Below, piece by piece: positions 38,876 to 45,927 of a stretch of 64,000 nucleotides of DNA (its first letter is position 1; the number at the start of each line of letters is the position of its first letter). The position numbers were made by a program, and so were the translations under genes. This DNA comes from Nocardioidaceae bacterium (GTDB taxonomy: Bacteria; Actinomycetota; Actinomycetes; Propionibacteriales; Nocardioidaceae): positions 132 to 64,131 of the forward strand of contig JBBJMF010000004.1 in assembly GCA_037719575.1 (NCBI GenBank), read 5' to 3'. Below the pieces are notes generated by a model. The model was not told the origin of the DNA. It saw nothing but the letters and a program-made list of their open reading frames with translations, and ran no database searches.

Positions 38876-40573
38876 GTGACATCATCGCTGCTCGAGCTGC
38901 GCGTGCTCGAGGGTCCGAACCTGTACTTCTCCAAGGCAGCCGTCAAGATCACGCTCGACGTGACTGCGCTCACCGAGGTGAGCCTCGACGTGGCGACCCG
39001 GTTGGCCAAGAGAATCGGGCTGTCGAACATCAGGCCGGGGGAGGCGGGCAGCGGCTTCCGGCAGCGGTTCGCCGCCAGGGCGCTCGCCCGGCTCGTCCGC
39101 CAGGTGGCCGCGGAGGCGGGCACCCACCGGCTCGCGGTGCGGGTCCGGCCCACGAGCGACCCGGACCGGCTGGTCGTCGCGTTCCCGTGGCGGCACCGTA
39201 CTCGCGCCGAAGCCCTCGGCCACGCCGTGGGCGACGTGCTCGACGGTCTGGCCGGCTCGGACATCGACGAAGTGGTCGGCGCCGCGGCGCGGACGGTACG
39301 CAACGCCGACCCGGGGCCTCGCCCACCCACCATCAAGCCACGCGTCCCGGTGGTCTCGGTGACGGGCACCAACGGCAAGACGACGACCTCGCGGATGATC
39401 GGGCACATCGCCCGGGCTGCCGGCCGGCACGTCGCTTGGTCGTCGACGGATGGAATCTATGCCGACGGGGTGCTGGTGGAGAGTGGGGACTACTCCGGGC
39501 CGAGCGGGGCCGGACGGGTGCTCGCGCAGCCGGGCGTGGAGCTGGTGGTGACCGAGACCGCCCGGGGCGGCATCCTGCTCCGGGGCATCGGGCTGACGCA
39601 CAACGACGTCTCCGTGGTGACGAACGTGAGCGCCGACCATCTCGGTCTGCAGGGCATCGACACCGTCGACCAGCTCGCCGAGGTGAAGGCCGTGGTCCCG
39701 CGGATGACGCGCACAGGTGGGTGGGCCGTGCTCAACGGTGACGACCCACGAGTCATCGCGATGCGGTCGGTGATCACCGCCAAGCCGTGGGTCTTCTCCC
39801 GGGACCCGGACTCGCCGTCGATCCGCGAGGTGCTCGGCGTCGGTGGCCGCGCCACCACGGTTGTCGACGGCTGGATCTGCGTCGTCGCTGCCGGTGCCGA
39901 CTTCGACCCGCTCGTGCGTCTTGTCGACGTACCGATGACCCTGTCGGGACTGAGCCACTTCAACGTCGAGAACGCCCTGGCCGCCACCAGCGCCGCGCTG
40001 GGGGTAGGGCTTCCCCGCGAGGCCGTTGTCGAGGGCCTGACCTCGTTCGCGCCGGGGCCGGAGCACAACCCCGGCCGGATGAACATCTACTCGCTGGGCG
40101 ACGTCACCGTCGTGGTCGATCTCGCGCACAACGAGTCCGGACTGGACGCGTTGCTGGAGATCATGCACGGTCTGCGCACGCCCGGCGCGCGGGCGCTGCT
40201 CGCCGTGGGCACCGCAGGTGACCGAAGCGACGGGCTGATTCGCAACCTCGGGGCCATCGGTGCTCGTGGCAGTGACGTGATGGTGATCGTGCACAAGCTG
40301 AAGTATCTGCGCGGACGGCACCAGAACGATCTCGCCGAGCTCTACCGTTCCGGCGCAGCGGAGGTAGGGGTCGACGAGGTGCCGGCCTACGAGACCGAGC
40401 TTGCCGGGCTGGTGGCCCTCCTCGGACGGGCCGGGCCACGCGACGTGGTCGGCCTCATGTGCCACCAGGACCGGACCGAGATCGACCGGTGGCTTCGCGA
40501 GCAGGGCGGCACGGTCGACTCCCCCGAGGTGCTGCGAGACAAGGTGCTCCTCGCCCGCAGCGAGGTCGGCTGA
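38876..40573 (+). CDS. Cyanophycin-synthetase-like protein: N domain fused directly to Mur-ligase (M) domain, ATP-grasp domain absent
   Basis: N-terminal 'LELRVLEGPNLYFSKAAVKITLDV' parallels the CphA1 N domain. From 'VSVTGTNGKTTTSRMI' onward it is colinear with the CphA1 M domain ('TETARGGILLRG', 'NVSADHLGLQGIDTVDQLAEVKA', 'LNGDDP', 'VDLAHNESG', 'GTAGDRSD'). GTG 38876 lies 9 nt after the NMO stop. Confidence 0.8.
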   Translation: MTSSLLELRVLEGPNLYFSKAAVKITLDVTALTEVSLDVATRLAKRIGLSNIRPGEAGSGFRQRFAARALARLVRQVAAEAGTHRLAVRVRPTSDPDRLVVAFPWRHRTRAEALGHAVGDVLDGLAGSDIDEVVGAAARTVRNADPGPRPPTIKPRVPVVSVTGTNGKTTTSRMIGHIARAAGRHVAWSSTDGIYADGVLVESGDYSGPSGAGRVLAQPGVELVVTETARGGILLRGIGLTHNDVSVVTNVSADHLGLQGIDTVDQLAEVKAVVPRMTRTGGWAVLNGDDPRVIAMRSVITAKPWVFSRDPDSPSIREVLGVGGRATTVVDGWICVVAAGADFDPLVRLVDVPMTLSGLSHFNVENALAATSAALGVGLPREAVVEGLTSFAPGPEHNPGRMNIYSLGDVTVVVDLAHNESGLDALLEIMHGLRTPGARALLAVGTAGDRSDGLIRNLGAIGARGSDVMVIVHKLKYLRGRHQNDLAELYRSGAAEVGVDEVPAYETELAGLVALLGRAGPRDVVGLMCHQDRTEIDRWLREQGGTVDSPEVLRDKVLLARSEVG

Positions 40574-40578
40574 GCGCC

Positions 40579-41457
40579 GTGGACCTCGACGCGGTTGCCG
40601 ACGAGCTCTACGCACTGCCTCCTGAGCAGTTCACGACGGCACGGACTTCGCGCGAGAAGGAGGCCAAGGCTGCCGGCGACAAGGACCTCGCCGCGCAGAT
40701 CCATGCGCTGGTCAAGCCGAACCAGGTGGCGTGGCTCGCGAACCAGCTGGCCCGGCAGCACGGCGACGAGGTCGGGCCGCTGCTGGACCTCGGTGCCGGG
40801 CTGCGGGACGCCGCCGGCTCACTCACGGGCGACCAGCTGCGCGACTTCACCAAGCAGAAGCGGCTGCTCGTCTCGGCCCTTGTCGGCCAGGGTCGCCGGC
40901 TGGCTGCCGCTCACGGCCGCAAGGTCAGCGACCTCACCATGCGCGGGCTCGAGGACACCCTCAACGCCGGACTCGCGGACCCGGCCGCCGCAGCTCTGCT
41001 CGTCGCCGGCCGGCTGACCACTGGTCTGCAGTACTCCGGGTTCGGCCCTGCTACCGGTGATGGGGGACCCAACCTGGCGAGCGTGCAGACCACCGACCAG
41101 CCCGCGGGGCGATACACCAGGTCCGGCTCGAAGGAGCAGCGGCTCGCGGAGCGAGTGGCATCCGCCGACCGCGACGTGGAGCAGGCCATGGCGGCGGTGG
41201 CCGAGGCCGGCGCGGCCAGGGCGGATGCGGAGGCCGCAGCGGAGCGCGCGGCCGGCACGTCTCAGGAGATCGAGGGCGAGGTGACTCGGCTACGCGAGGC
41301 GTTGGAGCGGGCAACGACCGCGCAGGCGGAGGCGGACTGGGAACGTCGTCGTACCCGCAAGGAGCTGGAGTCGGCCGAACGAGCGGTGACGCAGGCCGAG
41401 CGGCGGATCGGCGAGGCCAAGGAGCGACGTGCCGCGCTCACGCCGGGGGAGGACTGA
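40579..41457 (+). CDS. Hypothetical protein: helical N-terminal domain plus Ala/Glu/Arg-rich coiled-coil tail
   Basis: 'DLDAVADELYALPPEQFTTAR' is an N-terminus seen in conserved actinobacterial hypotheticals. C-terminal 'EAAAERAAGTSQEIEGEVTRLREALERATTAQAEADWERRRTRKELESAERAV'. GTG 40579 lies 5 nt after the upstream stop. Confidence 0.6.
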   Translation: MDLDAVADELYALPPEQFTTARTSREKEAKAAGDKDLAAQIHALVKPNQVAWLANQLARQHGDEVGPLLDLGAGLRDAAGSLTGDQLRDFTKQKRLLVSALVGQGRRLAAAHGRKVSDLTMRGLEDTLNAGLADPAAAALLVAGRLTTGLQYSGFGPATGDGGPNLASVQTTDQPAGRYTRSGSKEQRLAERVASADRDVEQAMAAVAEAGAARADAEAAAERAAGTSQEIEGEVTRLREALERATTAQAEADWERRRTRKELESAERAVTQAERRIGEAKERRAALTPGED

Positions 41458-41510
41458 CGTCTGGCGGCTCGTTCAGCGCTCGTGCCACGCAAACGCGCGC
41501 GTGGATGTCC

Positions 41511-44342
41511 TCAGAACAGCACGGGCACCTGTGGGTGCGCCGACCCCGCGAGGTCGGGATCGCCCACCAGGGCGTCGTCGGCAGCGCTGGAGGCGCCGGC
41601 CTGCGCGTGGTTGGACCAGGACTCCAGCTCGGCCATCACCGGCGCGTGCTTGTCGACGCACATGATCACCAGGTCGCCCTTGTTGGCGCGGGTCATCGCG
41701 TGCCGCACGGCGTCGATCTCGTCGAGCACGATCTCCACCTGCTTGCACCTCGCACCGTCGGCCATCCTGTCCCGAACCCCGTCGGCCACCAGCCCGGCGG
41801 TCTCGCCGGTCTTGCGCCCACGCAGGGCGGCGTCCTCCCGCACCACGATGACGTCGAAGTGTTCGGCGGCGACCGAGCCGAGCTCTGTCATGTCCTCGTC
41901 ACGGCGGTCCCCCGCAGTGGAGATGACACCGATCCGGGACGGCTTGCCGAGGTCGCTGGTGGCAAGCATGCTGTCGCCCAGCCGGTCGACGAAGTCACCG
42001 AGCATCCGCATCCCGGGAGCGTTGTGGCAGTAGTCGATGACCACGTTGACGCCTTCGACCTCGATCTCGTTGAGCCGGCCGGGGGAGAGGTAGTAGTTCG
42101 TGGAGAACGTCCGCAGGCCCTGCCGGATGTCGTGCAGCGGCGCTCCCGCGGCGAACGCAGCGGCGGCCGCGGCCAGCGAGTTCTGCACGTTCATCAGGGC
42201 CCGGCCGCTGAAGGTGGCGGGGAGCAGATGGGTCCAGGCGAGCTGCATCTGCCGGTTGCCGTGACGTACGACGATCATGTCGCCCATGTCGCTCGTCTCG
42301 AGGACGACCGCCTTGCCCCCTCGACGGCAGTGGATGTCGATGAAGTCGCGCACTTCCGACCCGGCAGGAAGCATGCTGAACCAGACGACCTGACCCGAGC
42401 AGCGCCGCCGCATGGCGCGCACCAGCGGGTCGTCGGCGTTGAGCACCGCGTGGCCGTCGCGCGGGACCGCCTCGACTGGCACCGCCTTGACGTCGGCGAG
42501 CTGCTCGACCGTGTCGACGCCTCGCAGGCCGAGGTGGTCCGGCTGCACGTTGAGCACGACGGCGACGTCGTTGCGCTCATAGCCGAGTCCCTCACGCAGG
42601 ATGCCGCCGCGGGCCACCTCGAAGACCGCAAAGTCCACGCGGGGGTTCTGCAGCACCATCCGGGCGGACTTGGGCCCCGACGCGTCGGCCCGGATCACCA
42701 GCCGTTCGTCGATCACGACGCCGTCGGTCGACGTCATGCCGACCTTGCGACCCATGCCCTTGAAGATGTGGGCGATCATCCGCGACGTCGTGGTCTTGCC
42801 GTTCGTGCCGCTGACGGCGACGATCGGGATCCGGCTGGCAGCCCCCGGGGGGAACATCATGTCGACGACGGCCTTGGAGATGAACTGCGGGTCCCCGATG
42901 GTCGGGTGCGTGTGCATCCGAAAGCCCGGCGCCGCGTTCACCTCGCAGATCGCGCCGCCGGTCTCGCGCACGGGCTCGGTGATGTCGGGGCAGATGAAGT
43001 CGATGCCCGCGATGTCGAGCCCCACGACGCGGGCGGCCTCCTCGGCGATCTCGACGTTCTCCGGGTGGGCCTCGAACGTGCGGTCGATCGAGATGCCGCC
43101 GGTCGACATGTTCCCGGTCAGCGTCAGCTTCACGATCGTCTGGTCGGAGGGTACGTCGGACAGCTCGAAGCCCTGCTCGCGGACCAGCTCGACCGCAGCC
43201 TCGTCGACCTTGATGCGGGTCAGCACCTTCTCGTGGCCGACACCCCGGCGAGGGTCGGCGTTCGTTGCCTCGATCAGCTCCTGGACCGTGTGGGTAGCGT
43301 CCCCGATCACGTGTGCCGGCACCCGCTCGGCGATCGCGGCGATCCGGCCGTCGATGACCAGACAGCGGTAGTCCTTGCCGGTGACGAACGTCTCGACGAT
43401 CACCCAGCCGCGCCGGGACTGCTCCTCCGCGACGGGGAAGGCTGCCCGCACCTCGGCCTCGTCCTGGAGGTCGAGGCACACCCCGCGCCCGTGGTTGCCG
43501 TCGAGCGGCTTGCACACGACGGGAAAGCCGATCCGCCGGGCCACGGCGACGGCCTGGTCGGCCGTCCGCACGGACTCGGCGCGCGGCACCGGCAGTCCGG
43601 CGGCGCCGAGCAGCCGCCCGGTCAGGTCCTTGTCGCTCGCCACGTCGACAGCGATCGACGACGTGCTCGACGTCATCGTGGCGCGGATCCGGCGTTGGTG
43701 GACGCCCTGCCCGAGCTGCACGAGCGAGTGCTGGTTGAGCCGGATCCAGGGGATGTCGCGGGAGACGGCCTCGTCGATGATCGCCTGGGTGGACGGTCCG
43801 AACGCCGTCCGCTCCGCACCGACGATGAACGACTCCAGCTCCTGCTCGAAGTCGAAGTCGGGCTCGGCCTCCACTAGGTGGTTGATGAGGCGGATCGCCA
43901 GCCGCCCGGCCTCGATGCCGACATTCTCGTCGACGTACCCGTAGATGACGTTGTAGCGGCCGTGCTCCCCGGGCACCTGGCGGGTCTTGCCGCGTCGAAG
44001 GTCGTGGCCGACCTCCTGCTGGAACTGCAGCGCGACGTGCTCGCTGACGTGGCCGAGCCAGGTGCCCTCGACGAGCCGCTCGACGAAACCGCCCTTGCGG
44101 CCGCGTGAGCACGAATGGTTGCGCAGCCCCGGGAGCAGGTCGAGCAGCCGCTCGGTGAAGGTCGGCAGCCGGTCCGTCGGCCACTCCTCGAGGCAGCCGA
44201 GGTCGACGACGAGATGCACCGCCTTCTCGTAGGACCAGATGTTGGCGCCGCGGTAGAGCCTGGTCTCGATGATGGCGAGCTCCGGACGGGGTCCGTCGGG
44301 GCTGTGGACGGTACCGGAGGACTTCGCGCCGGTCTCGATCAT
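41511..44342 (-). CDS. cphA: Cyanophycin synthetase CphA1 (N + ATP-grasp + Mur-ligase domains)
   Basis: N domain 'IETRLYRGANIWSYEKAVHLVVDLG'. ATP-grasp 'FPVVCKPLDGNHGRGV', 'YRCLVIDG', 'ICEVNAAPGF'. M domain 'VSGTNGKTTTSRMI', 'NVQPDHLG', 'DYCHNAPG'. ATG 44342 overlaps the cphB stop. Confidence 0.9.
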   Translation of the reverse strand: MIETGAKSSGTVHSPDGPRPELAIIETRLYRGANIWSYEKAVHLVVDLGCLEEWPTDRLPTFTERLLDLLPGLRNHSCSRGRKGGFVERLVEGTWLGHVSEHVALQFQQEVGHDLRRGKTRQVPGEHGRYNVIYGYVDENVGIEAGRLAIRLINHLVEAEPDFDFEQELESFIVGAERTAFGPSTQAIIDEAVSRDIPWIRLNQHSLVQLGQGVHQRRIRATMTSSTSSIAVDVASDKDLTGRLLGAAGLPVPRAESVRTADQAVAVARRIGFPVVCKPLDGNHGRGVCLDLQDEAEVRAAFPVAEEQSRRGWVIVETFVTGKDYRCLVIDGRIAAIAERVPAHVIGDATHTVQELIEATNADPRRGVGHEKVLTRIKVDEAAVELVREQGFELSDVPSDQTIVKLTLTGNMSTGGISIDRTFEAHPENVEIAEEAARVVGLDIAGIDFICPDITEPVRETGGAICEVNAAPGFRMHTHPTIGDPQFISKAVVDMMFPPGAASRIPIVAVSGTNGKTTTSRMIAHIFKGMGRKVGMTSTDGVVIDERLVIRADASGPKSARMVLQNPRVDFAVFEVARGGILREGLGYERNDVAVVLNVQPDHLGLRGVDTVEQLADVKAVPVEAVPRDGHAVLNADDPLVRAMRRRCSGQVVWFSMLPAGSEVRDFIDIHCRRGGKAVVLETSDMGDMIVVRHGNRQMQLAWTHLLPATFSGRALMNVQNSLAAAAAAFAAGAPLHDIRQGLRTFSTNYYLSPGRLNEIEVEGVNVVIDYCHNAPGMRMLGDFVDRLGDSMLATSDLGKPSRIGVISTAGDRRDEDMTELGSVAAEHFDVIVVREDAALRGRKTGETAGLVADGVRDRMADGARCKQVEIVLDEIDAVRHAMTRANKGDLVIMCVDKHAPVMAELESWSNHAQAGASSAADDALVGDPDLAGSAHPQVPVLF

Positions 44343-45346
44343 GCTGTGCCGTCCTCTCGGTCTGGCTCGTCGGTCCCCGAGCCGGCCACGCTCGCCTCCC
44401 AGCCCTGCCGGCTGCGTGCTCGTCGTCTGCGCAGATAGGTCGGGGAGACACCCTCGGCGGCGATGTCGCTCGCCATCCGACGCAGATCCTCCTGCGCCTC
44501 ACGCATCTCCTCGGCGGCATCCGGGTCGAGGTCGGCGGGCATCCGCACCAGGTCCCGGAGCTCAAGGTCGAACCTCGACCCGTCCGGAAGCACGTGCAGC
44601 CGCGCGCCGGAGATCATCAGCGGCCGGGTACGCGTCGCCTGGTGGGCGTTGGACGTCACGTGGGTCCCGTCGATGATCGTCACCGCGCCGCGACCGACGA
44701 CCTCCAAGAACCTGCCCCGCGTGATGACGGCTGCCGTGTCTTCGTCGATGCCGATGCCGAGCAGGTTGGGCGACTGCGCCACGCACATCAGTAGGCGTCC
44801 GTAACGGTTCCGCTGCGTGAAGTGCTGGTCTATCACGCAGCCCTGGACGAGGCCGAGTCCCGCGGCCAGCTGGGTCATTCGCTGCTTGGGCGTCGTGCCC
44901 CCGCTTCCGAAAGCCACCATGTGCGAGGACTGGAAGCTCGCGCCAGCGGACGTGCCGCCGACGGTGATGCCGCGCTCGTGCGCCTGCTTGATCGCCTCGC
45001 CGAACGGGGTGCCGTTGATGATCGCCGAGAGCTTGAGCTGGTTGCCACCCGTCATGAAGATCCCGGTGGCCTCGCCGAGCCGGTCGACGTACGACGGGTC
45101 CGCGGCCTCCTCGCGGCTCTCCGGCCGCACGCCCAGGACCTCCGCCGCGCCCAACCGGGTGAAGAGCGCGACGTACACGTCGATGATCTCCGGGCCGAGG
45201 CTCGACGCGGTCGGGACAACCGCGATGCGCGCCGACGCGCCGCCGCACGCCGCGACGAACCTCGTGAGCACGGTGCGCCTCTGCAGCTTGTCCTCGGCGC
45301 CCCCGATGACATAGAGGGCGCCAACGCCGCCCGCCGAGTCAAGCAT
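44339..45346 (-). CDS. cphB: Cyanophycinase (peptidase S51) with about 65-aa charged C-terminal extension
   Basis: 'LYVIGGAEDK', 'IFMTGGNQLKL', nucleophile motif 'VGGTSAGAS', 'GCVIDQHFTQRNRYGRL'. Confidence 0.9.
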   Translation of the reverse strand: MLDSAGGVGALYVIGGAEDKLQRRTVLTRFVAACGGASARIAVVPTASSLGPEIIDVYVALFTRLGAAEVLGVRPESREEAADPSYVDRLGEATGIFMTGGNQLKLSAIINGTPFGEAIKQAHERGITVGGTSAGASFQSSHMVAFGSGGTTPKQRMTQLAAGLGLVQGCVIDQHFTQRNRYGRLLMCVAQSPNLLGIGIDEDTAAVITRGRFLEVVGRGAVTIIDGTHVTSNAHQATRTRPLMISGARLHVLPDGSRFDLELRDLVRMPADLDPDAAEEMREAQEDLRRMASDIAAEGVSPTYLRRRRARSRQGWEASVAGSGTDEPDREDGTA

Positions 45347-45414
45347 GCCCGAACCCTACGGGCCAGCGCCCGGTGTCGAGTGCCCGGCTCGCTGCGGATG
45401 GGCAAGACTGGGGC

Positions 45415-45918
45415 ATGGTCGAAACAGGCTACCTACAGTTGATCGTGATGCGCCACGCGAAGACCGAGCAGTCCGCGAGCAGCGACCGGGCCCGCCGGCT
45501 GACGTCCAGAGGTCGCCGCGACGCCCGGTCCGCGGGCAGCTGGCTGCGCGACAGCTCGCTCCTCCCCGGCCTCGTGCTGGTGTCACCGGCTGCGCGGGCC
45601 GAGGCCACCGCGGACCTGGTGTGTGCAGCACTGGAGGCAGCGCCGGACGTGCGTGTCGAGGAAGGCCTCTACGGCGCCTCTCCCGCCGATGCCCTCGAAA
45701 CGGTCCGGGCCGAAGGCGGTGCGGCCGCGGTGGTGCTCATCGTCGGCCACAACCCGACGATGGGCGAGCTTGCCCACGCACTCCAGGAAGACCATGCAGA
45801 TCCCCGGGCCCCGCACCTGCCGACCGCCGGTTTGGCGGTGCTCAAGGTGGAAGGCGAGTGGGCGGACCTCTCGATGGGTTCGGCGGAGCTCACCCACTGG
45901 CAGGTCCCCCGCGGCTGA
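45415..45918 (+). CDS. Histidine phosphatase family protein (SixA-like)
   Basis: 'LIVMRHAKTE' RHG-type catalytic motif, 'LTSRGRRDA', 'IVGHNPTMGELA'. ATG 45415. Confidence 0.8.
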   Translation: MVETGYLQLIVMRHAKTEQSASSDRARRLTSRGRRDARSAGSWLRDSSLLPGLVLVSPAARAEATADLVCAALEAAPDVRVEEGLYGASPADALETVRAEGGAAAVVLIVGHNPTMGELAHALQEDHADPRAPHLPTAGLAVLKVEGEWADLSMGSAELTHWQVPRG

Positions 45919-45927
45919 CGGGGCTCC

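Noticed and set aside
37657-40615. 694-aa plus-strand ORF (37657-39741) and 577-aa minus-strand ORF (38882-40615)
   Set aside because: They are alternative-frame or antisense to inhA, the NMO gene and the N-M ligase. Their translations are Arg/Gly/Pro-rich and low-complexity.
41485-41504. Terminator hairpin between the coiled-coil gene and cphA1
   Set aside because: It has only a 6-bp stem (CCACGC/GCGTGG) with an 8-nt loop and no U-tract, too weak to call.
41505-44565. 790-aa (plus) and 657-aa (minus, other frame) ORFs overlapping cphA1/cphB
   Set aside because: These are shadow frames of clearly homologous genes. Their composition is dominated by R, G, P, D, H and V runs, with no recognisable motifs.
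38876-45346. Cyanophycin block as a recent genomic island
   Set aside because: Composition and codon usage look like the flanks. There are no mobility genes, no tRNA target and no bounding repeats, and the genes are fused into neighbouring operons with 4-9 nt junctions.
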